Shown: positions 6,826 to 15,867 of the stretch, in pieces
How the letters are laid out: each line of letters begins with the position of its first letter
Numbering within the stretch: the first letter of the stretch is position 1
From: Candidatus Methanophagaceae archaeon
Lineage (GTDB): Archaea; Halobacteriota; Syntropharchaeia; Alkanophagales; Methanospirareceae
NCBI GenBank assembly: GCA_003194425.1
Contig: PQXB01000001.1
Location: 30,001 to 62,000 of the forward strand
Length of the DNA stretch: 32,000 nt
Direction: 5' to 3'
The notes under the pieces: model-generated
The model's database searches: none
The model's input: only the letters and a program-made list of their open reading frames with translations
What the model was told of the DNA's origin: nothing
Position numbers and translations under genes: made by a program

Positions 6826-9800
6826 TTAGCCGCTTCTTTTCTCCTCGTTCTCCTTCTCGCTCTCCTCTCTCTGTTTCTCCTCCAGCCGCTTCTCAACCTC
6901 AGCAACATTCAACCGCGTCGAAATTATCGCGTCCGGGTTCAGCGAAATCGAGTCAATCCCGCACTCGACGAGGAACGCGGCGAACTCTGGGAAATCGCTC
7001 GGCGCCTGCCCGCAAATCCCAACCTTCCGCCTCGGCTCGTGCTCGTGCGCTACTTTTATGACCTGCTTCACCAACCTTTTCACTGCCTCGTTCCGCTCGT
7101 CAAACAAGCCCGCAACCAAGTCCGAATCGCGATCCAAGCCCAGCGTCAGTTGCGTCAGGTCGTTCGAGCCGATGCTGAACCCGTCAAAGACCTCCGCAAA
7201 CTCGTCCGCCAAGATCACATTCGACGGAATCTCGCACATCACATAAACCTCCAACCCGTTCTCGCCCTGCCGCAGTCCGAACTCTGCCATCGTTTTTATC
7301 ACTTTCCTGCCCTCCTCGGGCGTCCTGCAGAACGGAATCATAACTTTGACATTCGTCAGACCCATTTCTTCACGCACTTTTTTTATCGCACGGCACTCCA
7401 GCCCGAACGCGGGCTTGAACTTCTCGTCGTAGTAGCGAGACGCACCACGCCACCCCAGCATTGGGTTGTTCTCCGCGGGCTCGTAGAGGTAGCCGCCGAG
7501 CAAATTCGCGTACTCGTTCGTCTTGAAGTCAGAGAGCCGAACAATCACCTCGTTGGGATAAAATCCTGCTGCGATCTTCGCAATTCCCCGCGCCAAGTTG
7601 TCCACGAAAAACTGCACCTTGTCCTCGTAGGACGCACTCCGCTTCTCTATTTCTTTGACCACTCTCGCCAGCTTCTTGTCTCCTCCTGCTCCTCCTGCTC
7701 CTCCTGCTCCTGTTTCCGCCCGCCGCTTCAAGTCCTCGTACTCAAGCAGGGCGAGGGGGTGAATGCCGATGTAGGAATTAATGATGAACTCCTCGCGAGC
7801 CAAGCCGACGCCGTCGTTTGGGATTTGCCCCTGAATAAAAGCGTTCTCCGGCACCGCCGCGTTCATCATTATTCGTGTCCCCGGTCTCGGAAGATTGTCC
7901 AACACCAGCTTCTCTACGCGGTATTTCAGTCTCCCCTCGTAGATTCGCCCCGTCCCTTCCGAGCAGTCCACCGTAACATCTTTTACACCCTTCAACACCC
8001 TCGTCCCTCGGACTGTCCCGATAACGCAGGGAATGCCGAGTTCGCGTGAAATTATCGCAGCGTGGCAGGTCCGCCCTCCCCGGTTCGTAACAATCGCACC
8101 CGCGACTTTCATTATCGGCTCCCAGTCAGGGTCGGTCATATCCGTAACCAACACCTGCCCAGGCTTGAAGTTGAGAATGTCTCGGGCGTTCTCGATCACA
8201 TTTACTTCGCCGTACCCGATTTTGTGCCCTACAGCCTCGCCCTCGACCAACAGCCTACCCGCCTCTTTGAGCTTTTCCACCTCCTCTTCCAGCACGTAAG
8301 TCTCGAGCGAGGAGAGGTCTTTCTGCGAGTGCACGGTCTCAGGTCGCGCCTGAACAACGAAGAGTTCGCCTGTCGTCCCGTCTTTCGCCCACTCGATGTC
8401 CATCGGCGTCCCGTAGTGCTCCTCAATAATGCACGCCCACCGCGCGAGCCTCAGCACCTCGTCGTCGGTCAGCACGAATTTTTTCCGGTCTTCTTCCCCT
8501 ACCTTCTCCTGCCTCGTCCCTGTCCCTGTCTTTCTCGCCCCTGCCCCCGTTCCTGTCTTTCCTGCCTCTGCCCCCGTTCCTGTCTTTCCTGCCCCTGCCT
8601 CTTTGTAGACCATTTTCTTCCGCTTCGAACCCAGTTTCTTCTCAACAATCGGGCGGAAGCCCTGCCTCAAAGTCGGCTTAAAAACATAAAACTGGTCGGG
8701 ATTTACCGCTCCCTGCACCACGTTCTCGCCGAGCCCGTAAGCGCCGGTGATGTAAACAGCGTCGCTGAAGCCCGACTCGGTGTCAATCGAGAACATCACG
8801 CCCGAGCACGCCAAGTCCGAGCGAGCCATTTTCTGCACGCCGACTGAGAGGAAGACGCTGAGGTGGTCGAAGCCCTTGTCCACGCGGTAGGAAATCGCTC
8901 GGTTCGTGAAAAGAGAAGCGAAGCACTCCATCACTTTCTCCACCAACTCGTCCTCACCCCGCACGTTCAGGTAAGTCTCCTGCTGCCCTGCGAAACTCGC
9001 TGTGTTGTGCGTTATTATCCCCCCCATTCCAGCAGCGAAATTCTCTACCCCCGGAACAACAAAATCGTAGACGTAACCCGAATATTCAATCGGTTCTATT
9101 TCTTTTATGCCGTCCCACATTACAGCCCCTTTCAAACCCTCAAGAACCTCCTCCGCTCCGTAATTCTCTGCTACTCTTCTCAAAAGTCTCGCCCCAATTC
9201 TTCTTGAAATCCCCCCTTTATTCCACGGCGTCGCCCCTTTCTCAAATCGCCGCTCCTTTTCAACCTCGTCTTCGTAAAACGCCTTACCGCATTTCTTGCA
9301 ATAAAATCTCGTTTTACCTTTGTAACGACTCGTTCTTCCAACCACCGAACTGCACAGCGGACAGCGGCTCTCTTCCACCTCTTCCCTGGGCAACCTCTCC
9401 TCAACCGCGTCTCTGAACAAATCGGGATTTATTTCAAAGACCTCAATGAAATCAAAATGCTTCTCTTTCCCTTTGTAGTCTTCAGCCAGCGCATTCAACC
9501 TCTCGGCTTTTTTGACGCACTCGAAACCTACCAGGCGACTGAACCGCTCTGCCTCCTTGTAGGGAATTGAAATTCTGGTTAATTTCCTCCGCAAGTAAAA
9601 CTTCACGCCAAGCCGCTCTAAAAGCACTGCGACTCCTCCAATCAGGTCTTTAGAAAGGGAAGAGTAATTTATGGCGTTCTTTCCTACATCGCCGTCGCTG
9701 TCAAAACAGCCGCGCAAGAACGCACCCACCAACTCCCTCTCCAGCCCAAAGACAAAATCAGGCACCCTCTTCGTTCTGCAGTGCCGCCCTTTTCCCTGCT

Positions 9801-11010
9801 GATTTAGAGGCGCCCCTGCCACTCGGTGTAAGAACGAGACAAGCGAGGGGCAGTACACACGAACGCTTCCCTTGTTTATTTTCCTGCCCTCGTGCCACAA
9901 GCCCAAACCTTCAAGAAAGTCAGTCACTCGCTTTCGGATCTCAGGCGACGAGATTGTAATGCTGACCTCGTTCTGTTTGTAGGTGCTGCCTTCTGCGGCG
10001 TAGATTCCCAAGAAATAGAGAAACTCTTCGGTTAGGGGTAAATTGCGAGGCAACCCGTTCTGAATCTTCCAATTCCCGCTTCTTTTTAGCTTTACCTTCC
10101 CTGCCTCGTCTGTTACCGCTTCGTCGCTCTTCTCGCCACTCTTCAAATATTCCAAAACATCCAAATGCCGTCTCGCAGTCCTTGAAGCCCCTCTCCCAGT
10201 CTTAGGGTTAGGGTCAGGGTTAGGGTCAGGGTCAGGGACAGGGTCAGGGTCAGGGAGCCGCCTTACAACAGGAATTTTGTCCTCGGGCTCTAAGTCTTGA
10301 ATGGATTTTGTCCTGACTTTAAAGTCGCGGTCCAAGACGATTAGAGAATGGTCAGGGCTTACTTTTATCTCGCGTCCTGTTTTGGTGGTTATTTTGAAAA
10401 GAGTTGCCGCGTTTGCGGGATGCCTGTAAATCTCGTCCACCCTCTTCCACTTCACCTCTTTCCCTTTCTCCATCGCAGGGACTTCCATTCTGACGCCGGC
10501 GCCATTTCCGTTGTTTTTCGCTGCTTCTCTGTTGTACTCTTCGTACAGCCCTTCGACTTCCTGATAAACCGTCTTCCCTCCAAACTTGACCAACACCGGT
10601 TCGTCAGCAGCGATGCTCGGCAGATCCTCCGCGGTCGCACTGCTCCTAACAGCAACGTCAACGCCCTCGCCGTACCGCTTTTCCATTTCTCTGTAAGCGG
10701 CTCGAATCTCCTGCTCCAGCTCCGCGGGGCAGCCTGCGTTTTTTATCAGCGCCCGTATTTTGCTACCCCGCTCAGCCAAGTTCTTCATATCGTGCGTGTC
10801 TAAATCCGCAAGCGTGTCCCTGATTTTCCCCTGAATGCCCCCTACTTCGAGCACGTACTTGTAAGCCTCGGCAGTCACCGCAAAGCCCGAAGGAACATTC
10901 ACGCCCTCCTCGGTCAGGTTTCTAATCATCTCGCCAAGAGACGCGTTCTTACCGCCGACCAAGCCGACGTCGCCAGTTCCCACCTCTTCAAACCATTTTA
11001 TGAATTTCAT
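6826..11010 (-). CDS. ppsA: Phosphoenolpyruvate synthase (PpsA) interrupted by one intein
   Basis: MKFIKWFEEVGTGDVGLVGGKNASLGEM, SSATAEDLP / TASFAGQQETYLNV, GGRTCHAAIISRELGIPCV (phospho-His) and a C-terminal PEP-utilising domain. I place the start at ATG 11010; the track ORF begins 45 codons further upstream in implausible sequence. Confidence 0.9.
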   Translation of the reverse strand: MKFIKWFEEVGTGDVGLVGGKNASLGEMIRNLTEEGVNVPSGFAVTAEAYKYVLEVGGIQGKIRDTLADLDTHDMKNLAERGSKIRALIKNAGCPAELEQEIRAAYREMEKRYGEGVDVAVRSSATAEDLPSIAADEPVLVKFGGKTVYQEVEGLYEEYNREAAKNNGNGAGVRMEVPAMEKGKEVKWKRVDEIYRHPANAATLFKITTKTGREIKVSPDHSLIVLDRDFKVRTKSIQDLEPEDKIPVVRRLPDPDPVPDPDPNPDPNPKTGRGASRTARRHLDVLEYLKSGEKSDEAVTDEAGKVKLKRSGNWKIQNGLPRNLPLTEEFLYFLGIYAAEGSTYKQNEVSITISSPEIRKRVTDFLEGLGLWHEGRKINKGSVRVYCPSLVSFLHRVAGAPLNQQGKGRHCRTKRVPDFVFGLERELVGAFLRGCFDSDGDVGKNAINYSSLSKDLIGGVAVLLERLGVKFYLRRKLTRISIPYKEAERFSRLVGFECVKKAERLNALAEDYKGKEKHFDFIEVFEINPDLFRDAVEERLPREEVEESRCPLCSSVVGRTSRYKGKTRFYCKKCGKAFYEDEVEKERRFEKGATPWNKGGISRRIGARLLRRVAENYGAEEVLEGLKGAVMWDGIKEIEPIEYSGYVYDFVVPGVENFAAGMGGIITHNTASFAGQQETYLNVRGEDELVEKVMECFASLFTNRAISYRVDKGFDHLSVFLSVGVQKMARSDLACSGVMFSIDTESGFSDAVYITGAYGLGENVVQGAVNPDQFYVFKPTLRQGFRPIVEKKLGSKRKKMVYKEAGAGKTGTGAEAGKTGTGAGARKTGTGTRQEKVGEEDRKKFVLTDDEVLRLARWACIIEEHYGTPMDIEWAKDGTTGELFVVQARPETVHSQKDLSSLETYVLEEEVEKLKEAGRLLVEGEAVGHKIGYGEVNVIENARDILNFKPGQVLVTDMTDPDWEPIMKVAGAIVTNRGGRTCHAAIISRELGIPCVIGTVRGTRVLKGVKDVTVDCSEGTGRIYEGRLKYRVEKLVLDNLPRPGTRIMMNAAVPENAFIQGQIPNDGVGLAREEFIINSYIGIHPLALLEYEDLKRRAETGAGGAGGAGGDKKLARVVKEIEKRSASYEDKVQFFVDNLARGIAKIAAGFYPNEVIVRLSDFKTNEYANLLGGYLYEPAENNPMLGWRGASRYYDEKFKPAFGLECRAIKKVREEMGLTNVKVMIPFCRTPEEGRKVIKTMAEFGLRQGENGLEVYVMCEIPSNVILADEFAEVFDGFSIGSNDLTQLTLGLDRDSDLVAGLFDERNEAVKRLVKQVIKVAHEHEPRRKVGICGQAPSDFPEFAAFLVECGIDSISLNPDAIISTRLNVAEVEKRLEEKQREESEKENEEKRSG
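7681..7712 (-). repeat. 9-nt tandem repeat (GGAGCAGGA)x3 encoding GAGGAGGAGG inside ppsA
   Basis: The + strand reads tcctcctgc x3. Confidence 0.9.
8515..8601 (-). repeat. ~24-nt tandem repeat x3 encoding AGKTGTGAEAGKTGTGAGARKTGTG inside ppsA
   Basis: The + strand reads ctgcccccgttcctgtctttcctgc, repeated. Confidence 0.85.
9004..10617 (-). mobile_element. PpsA intein (538 aa) with a LAGLIDADG homing-endonuclease domain and a CxxC..CxxC zinc ribbon
   Basis: N-extein AEDLP | SIAADEPVLV (block A, Ser1), SPDHSLIVL (block B), LYFLGIYAAEGS and FLRGCFDSDGDV (two LAGLIDADG motifs), YVYDFVVPGVENFAAGMGGIITHN | TASFAGQQ (HN followed by Thr+1). Boundaries were counted codon by codon. Confidence 0.85.
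10203..10256 (-). repeat. Hexanucleotide repeat encoding PDPDPVPDPDPNPDPNP inside the PpsA intein
   Basis: The + strand reads tagggttagggtcagggttagggtcagggtcagggacagggtcagggtcaggg. Confidence 0.9.
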
Positions 11011-11181
11011 AATTCGACTCCTTCGCCTACGAGTTGTAATTTTATCCTCCAACTCTAATCTTTTAAAAGACTTAATAAACTTTATAAAAAAGTGAAGACG
11101 CATAAAAGTGAAACACGAGAGAGGGGCAAAATAGAGGAGGAGCATAGTAGAGGAGGGGCAAAATAGAGAAATAAGAGACGA

Positions 11182-11709
11182 ATGATTGAAGAAGAAATCG
11201 GGAACGAGCTACGAAGAGCGGGCGGCGGCGCAACCCTTGCCACCGCGGAGTCCTGCACCGGCGGGCTGGTCTCGCACAGACTAACGAACGCCCCTGGCTG
11301 CTCGGACTACTACAAAGGCGGTGTCGTCGCTTACGCCAACGAGGCGAAGGAGAAGGTTTTGGGTGTCGCGGGGGAGACGCTGCGGGAGAAGGGGGCGGTG
11401 AGCGCGGAGTGCGCGGTTGAAATGGCGCGGGGCGTGCGCGGGCTGTTTGAGAGCGACTTCGGCGTTGCAACCACCGGAATCGCAGGTCCCAGCGGGGGAA
11501 CGCCCGAGAAACCTGTAGGTTTAGTTTTTATAGCAGTGGCGACAAGAGACTTCGCAGACTATGAAAAACACTTCTTCCACGGGGACAGGGAAACGAACAA
11601 GCGCGAGGCGGCGGAGGCTGCGCTTGGAATGCTGAAGAAAAAAATCTTGAAAATAAAAACAGGAACAAAAGGGCTCGTAGCTCAGAAAGGTAGAGCAGCG
11701 GGCTTTTAA
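11182..11709 (+). CDS. CinA C-terminal domain / nicotinamide-nucleotide amidohydrolase (PncC-like)
   Basis: LATAESCTGGLVSHRLTNAPGCSDYYKGGVVAYANEAK..GAVSAECAVEMARGVR..GVATTGIAGPSGGTPEKPVGLVFIAVA. The last ~13 codons lie inside the tRNA-Lys gene. Confidence 0.8.
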   Translation: MIEEEIGNELRRAGGGATLATAESCTGGLVSHRLTNAPGCSDYYKGGVVAYANEAKEKVLGVAGETLREKGAVSAECAVEMARGVRGLFESDFGVATTGIAGPSGGTPEKPVGLVFIAVATRDFADYEKHFFHGDRETNKREAAEAALGMLKKKILKIKTGTKGLVAQKGRAAGF

Positions 11710-11744
11710 CCCGTCGGTCGCGGGTTCAAATCCCGTCGAGCCCG
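11671..11744 (+). tRNA. tRNA-Lys (anticodon UUU)
   Basis: Manual cloverleaf: acceptor GGGCTCG/CGAGCCC, D stem GCTC/GAGC, anticodon stem GCGGG/CCCGT with loop CT-TTT-AA, 5-nt variable loop, T stem GCGGG/CCCGT with loop TTCAAAT, discriminator G. CCA is not encoded. Confidence 0.93.
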
Positions 11745-11754
11745 TTCCTTTCCA

Positions 11755-12084
11755 ATGAAAAAAATGAAAAAAACGAAGGTAGCCGAGTCAAAAATACTTG
11801 AGCACGCGTTAGTGCCAAAGCACGAAATAATGAGCGAGGCAGAGGTAAAAGAACTTTTAGACAGCTACAAAATAAGGAAAGCGCAGTTGCCCAAGATTAA
11901 ATCTTCTGACCCAGTCTGCAAGGAGATAAAAATAAAAATTGTGGGCAAGAAAGGGGGCAAAAACAAGACCGCAGAGCAGACAAAGGAGAAGGAAAGAACG
12001 GCAGAGGTCGGCGATATCGTGAAAATAACGCGGCAGAGCAGAACCGCGGGAAAAGTCTTTTCTTACCGTCTCGTCGTGGAGTAA
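11755..12084 (+). CDS. rpoH: RNA polymerase subunit H (Rpo5) with an internal basic insertion
   Basis: HALVPKHEIMSEAEVKELLDSYKIRKAQLPKIKSSDPVCKEI ... GDIVKITRQSRTAGKVFSYRLVV. About 24 extra residues (KIKIVGKKGGKNKTAEQTKEKERTAEV) precede GDIVKI. Located directly upstream of rpoB. Confidence 0.88.
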   Translation: MKKMKKTKVAESKILEHALVPKHEIMSEAEVKELLDSYKIRKAQLPKIKSSDPVCKEIKIKIVGKKGGKNKTAEQTKEKERTAEVGDIVKITRQSRTAGKVFSYRLVVE

Positions 12085-12085
12085 G

Positions 12086-12145
12086 GCAGGGTGGAGAGAA
12101 GGTGGAAAGCAGGGTGGAGAGAAGGTGGAAAGCAGGGTGGAGAAA
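12086..12145 (+). repeat. Intergenic 23-nt tandem repeat (gcagggtggagagaaggtggaaa) x~2.6 between rpoH and rpoB
   Basis: Perfect copies at 12086-12108 and 12109-12131, and a partial third copy. Related degenerate purine-rich sequence continues to 12225. Confidence 0.9.
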
Positions 12146-12225
12146 AAAAGTAAGGTGGAACAGGTGGGTAGAGCAGGAGCAGCAGAGCAAGTAGGTAGAG
12201 TAAAAGTAAAAGGGGAGAGAGCAGA

Positions 12226-15200
12226 GTGTTAGACCGGAATGTTGTTGCGAAATCATATTTCACGAGGGAAAAAATAGCGCAGCACCAGCTCGACTCGTTC
12301 AACTACTTCCTCGAGAAGGGAATGCAGAAAGTCGTGGACGAGCAGTCCTACTCCTGGACTTCAATCAGCGGCGAGGACGAAGTGGAGGACGAGTGGAAGG
12401 GCGAGAAGACGGACGAGAGAGAGGAGAAAAAAACAGGCGAGGGAAAGGGTGAGAGCGAGGTAGAAGTAGAAGAGGAGGGGAGCAAGAGAAAGTATAAAAT
12501 TGGCGTTAAGTTCGGTGAAATAACTGTAGGCAGACCGAAGGCACGGGAAGCAGACGGGTCTTACGAACCAATTTTCCCGTCGCAGGCGAGGTTGCGGAAC
12601 TTGAACTACGCTGCACCGCTTCGTTTGGAAATGCAGTTAGTGAAAAAATACGAGGACGGCGACGCGGAAACAGGCGAAGCAGAAATTGTAGAGGTGGGCG
12701 AGAAGAAAGCAGTTGAAATCGGCGAGCTCCCGATAATGCTGCGGTCAAAGAACTGCAACCTTTACGGGCTTTCGGACGAGGAACTGGCGCTGGCGGGCGA
12801 AGACCCGTTTGACCCCGGCGGGTATTTTATCGTGAACGGGGCGGAGCACGTGATAATCACGCTTGAAGACCTCGCACCGAATCGGATTTTCGTGAGTTAC
12901 GAGGAGCGGTACGGCGGTAAATCCCCAGTCGCAAAGGTCTTCTCAACTAAACACGGCTTCCGCGTCCCGATAAAAGTGGGAATAAGCAAGAAAGGGATTC
13001 TCGAGGTCTCGTTCCCCGCGGTCGCCAAGAAGATTGAGTTTGTAACGCTTCTGCGGGCGCTGGGGCTTGAGAGCGAGGAGGAGATTCTGCGGGCGGTCTC
13101 GGACGACCCGCAAATTGAGCGCTACATTCGCGAGAACATTGAAGAGAGCGATGTGAGCACGCAAGAGGAGGCGTTGAACAAGTTGGGTCGCAGAATTGTG
13201 CCCGCGCAGGCGAAGGAGTACAGGGAGAAACGCGTTAATTATATTTTTGACCGCTACTTCCTACCGCACCTCGACGACCACTTGGCGAAGGCGCATTTCA
13301 TCGGCAGAATGGCGGAGGCGTGCTACGAACTTTATTTGGGCAGGCGGGGCGAGGACGACAAGGACCACTACGCGAACAAGCGGCTGAAACTCGCGGGCGA
13401 CCTGATGGAAGACCTTTTCCGCGTCTCGTTCTCGAAATTGACGCGGGATATGCGGTACCAGTTGGAGCGTGCAGAAATGCGGAAACGGGAACTGAAAGTC
13501 GCAACCGCGATTCGGTCCGATGTCCTGACCGAGCGGATTTTGCACGCGCTGGCGACTGGGAACTGGGTCGGCGGCAGAGCGGGCGTCTCGCAACTGCTGG
13601 AGCGGACGAATTATTTGGCGACTGCGAGCCACCTGCGGCGGATAATTTCTCCGCTCTCGAGGTCGCAGCCGCATTTTGAGGCGCGGGACTTGCACCCGAC
13701 GCAGTGGGGCAAGATTTGCCCGACCGAGACGCCAGAGGGTCCGAACTGCGGGTTGGTGAAGAATTTTTCGCAGCTGGTTGAAATCTCGGTTGGTGCGGAG
13801 GGTGCGGAGGGTGCGGAGGGTGCGGAGGGTGCGGAGGGTGCGGAGGGTGCGGAGGAAGAGCACGAGCGGCTTAAAATTGCTTTCTACGAACTCGGCGTTG
13901 TCCCTCCTGCAGCGAAAATAAAAGCGAAGGGAAGAACTCGTGTTAGGACTCGCGTCTTCCTGAACGGCGATTTTATCGGCTTTGTCGGCTCTTCTACCGA
14001 GCCAGAGCGGTTTGTAGCGGAGGTGAGGCGGAAGAGGAGAAGGGGCGAAATCTCGGGGCAGGTGAACCTCGCCTACTACCGGGACAGGCGGGACATTTTA
14101 ATAAACTCGGACAGGGGCAGGGCGAGGAGACCGGTAATTGTCGTTGAGGACGGAAAACCGCTGGTTACGGAATCGCAGGTTGAACAGCTGAGAAACGGCG
14201 AGATTGTGTTTGAGGATTTGGTGAAGTCGGGGGTGGTAGAATATTTGGACGCTGAAGAGGAGGAGAACGCACTGGTAGCGTTGGAGGAGGCGGACCTGAC
14301 GAGGGCGGGAAAGAAGGCGGGAGAGGAAGGCGACGCAGAAGGGGGTGCAGTAGCGAGGGGCGAGTACACGCATCTTGAAATCGACCCGTCGTTGATTTTG
14401 GGCATTGTTGCAGGCGTAATTCCTTACCCCGACCACAACTCCTCGCCGCGGAACACGATGGGCTGTGCGATGCTGAAACAGTCGTTGGGGCTTCCTGCTG
14501 CGAACTACAAGACCCGCACCGACACCCGAGTGCATCTTTTGCAGTCCCCGCAGAAGCCGTTGGTGAAGACGCGGACTGCGGACTTAATTTTGCACGACAA
14601 GCGACCGGCGGGGCAGAATTTCGTGGTCGCAGTCTTGAGCTACGAGGGTTACAATATGGAGGACGCCCTGATTTTAAATCGCGCGGCTGTAGACCGCGGG
14701 CTGGGGCGGAGTTATTTTTTCAGAACCTACGAAGGAGAGGAGCGGCGGTACCCGGGCGGCGAGGAGGACAGGTTTGAGGTGCCGGACGCGGAGACGGTCG
14801 GCGTTCGAGGTCAGGAGGCGTACAGCCAGCTCGACGAGGACGGGATAATAAATTCTGAGGTTGCAGTGGCGCCGAACGATGTGCTGATCGGGAAGACGAG
14901 CCCGCCGCGGTTCTTGGAGGAGACGACCGAGCTCTTGAGCCCTTTGGAGCGGCGGGACAGCTCGGTCTGCACGCGGTCTAACGAGCAGGGGACTGTAACT
15001 TCGGTCGTGCTGATGGAATCGAGCAGCAACCGGCGTTTGGCGAAAATCGCTGTCCGCGACCACAAAATCCCCGAAATCGGGGACAAGTTCGCGTCAAGGC
15101 ACGGTCAGAAAGGCGTGATTGGGTTGATCGTGCCGCCTGAAGACCTGCCTTTCACCGCGGACGGAATTATTCCTGATATGATTATAAACCCGCACGCGAT

Positions 15201-15828
15201 TCCTTCGCGAATGACCGTCGGGCACGTTTTAGAAATGATCGGCGGGAAAGTAGGAGCGTTGGAAGGGCGGCAAATTGACGGAACTGCTTTTTACGGCGAG
15301 CCTGAAGAGGAGTTGAGAGCTGCACTCGTGCGTTCGGGTTTCTCGCACACCGGCGCGGAAGTGATGTTTGACGGGCGGACGGGCGAGAAAATCGGGGCGG
15401 AGCGTGGGGCGGAGATCTTTGTCGGCGTTGTGTACTACCAGAAGTTGTACCACTTGGTCTCGGCTAAAATGCACGCCCGCGCGCGGGGTCCGGTGCAGAT
15501 TTTAACGAGGCAGCCGACTGAGGGAAAGGCGAGAGAGGGCGGGCTTCGGTTCGGCGAAATGGAGCGGGATGTTCTCATCGGCTACGGCGCCGCGATTTCG
15601 CTGAAGGACAGGCTCTTGGACGAGTCGGACCGCGTGGTTGAGCTGGTCTGCGGGAACTGCGGAATGGTCGCGAGTCAAGATGTGAAGACAGGGACGGTGT
15701 ACTGCCCGAACTGCGGTGCAGACACGGACATTTACCCGGTGGAGATGAGTTACGCGTTCAAGCTGCTGCTGGACGAGATGAAAGTGCTCTGCATTGCTCC
15801 GCGGCTGGAATTGGAGGAGGCGGTTTGA
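12226..15828 (+). CDS. rpoB: RNA polymerase subunit B (Rpo2), unsplit, 1200 aa
   Basis: [76 protein letters not shown] and the C-terminal CGNCG..CPNCG zinc ribbon. GTG start. Confidence 0.95.
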   Translation: MLDRNVVAKSYFTREKIAQHQLDSFNYFLEKGMQKVVDEQSYSWTSISGEDEVEDEWKGEKTDEREEKKTGEGKGESEVEVEEEGSKRKYKIGVKFGEITVGRPKAREADGSYEPIFPSQARLRNLNYAAPLRLEMQLVKKYEDGDAETGEAEIVEVGEKKAVEIGELPIMLRSKNCNLYGLSDEELALAGEDPFDPGGYFIVNGAEHVIITLEDLAPNRIFVSYEERYGGKSPVAKVFSTKHGFRVPIKVGISKKGILEVSFPAVAKKIEFVTLLRALGLESEEEILRAVSDDPQIERYIRENIEESDVSTQEEALNKLGRRIVPAQAKEYREKRVNYIFDRYFLPHLDDHLAKAHFIGRMAEACYELYLGRRGEDDKDHYANKRLKLAGDLMEDLFRVSFSKLTRDMRYQLERAEMRKRELKVATAIRSDVLTERILHALATGNWVGGRAGVSQLLERTNYLATASHLRRIISPLSRSQPHFEARDLHPTQWGKICPTETPEGPNCGLVKNFSQLVEISVGAEGAEGAEGAEGAEGAEGAEEEHERLKIAFYELGVVPPAAKIKAKGRTRVRTRVFLNGDFIGFVGSSTEPERFVAEVRRKRRRGEISGQVNLAYYRDRRDILINSDRGRARRPVIVVEDGKPLVTESQVEQLRNGEIVFEDLVKSGVVEYLDAEEEENALVALEEADLTRAGKKAGEEGDAEGGAVARGEYTHLEIDPSLILGIVAGVIPYPDHNSSPRNTMGCAMLKQSLGLPAANYKTRTDTRVHLLQSPQKPLVKTRTADLILHDKRPAGQNFVVAVLSYEGYNMEDALILNRAAVDRGLGRSYFFRTYEGEERRYPGGEEDRFEVPDAETVGVRGQEAYSQLDEDGIINSEVAVAPNDVLIGKTSPPRFLEETTELLSPLERRDSSVCTRSNEQGTVTSVVLMESSSNRRLAKIAVRDHKIPEIGDKFASRHGQKGVIGLIVPPEDLPFTADGIIPDMIINPHAIPSRMTVGHVLEMIGGKVGALEGRQIDGTAFYGEPEEELRAALVRSGFSHTGAEVMFDGRTGEKIGAERGAEIFVGVVYYQKLYHLVSAKMHARARGPVQILTRQPTEGKAREGGLRFGEMERDVLIGYGAAISLKDRLLDESDRVVELVCGNCGMVASQDVKTGTVYCPNCGADTDIYPVEMSYAFKLLLDEMKVLCIAPRLELEEAV
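13792..13854 (+). repeat. 9-nt tandem repeat (GGTGCGGAG)x7 encoding (GAE)n inside rpoB
   Basis: Perfect copies counted from the sequence, beginning 12 codons after the [11 protein letters not shown] motif. Confidence 0.95.
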
Positions 15829-15867
15829 AGTTAAGTTGGGTTGAGGAGAGGAGGTTGTTGAGTTGAA

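Noticed and set aside
7039-8847. Long + strand ORFs (336 aa and 261 aa) opposite ppsA
   Set aside because: They are antisense shadow ORFs of a strongly conserved gene. Their products are Arg/Pro/Leu/His-rich with no recognisable motif, whereas the minus-strand frame encodes canonical PEP synthase.
11011-11145. 45-codon N-terminal extension of ppsA in the track ORF
   Set aside because: The extension (MLLLYFAPLSCFTF..) covers AT-rich promoter-like sequence. The canonical PpsA N-terminus MKFIKWFEE begins at ATG 11010.
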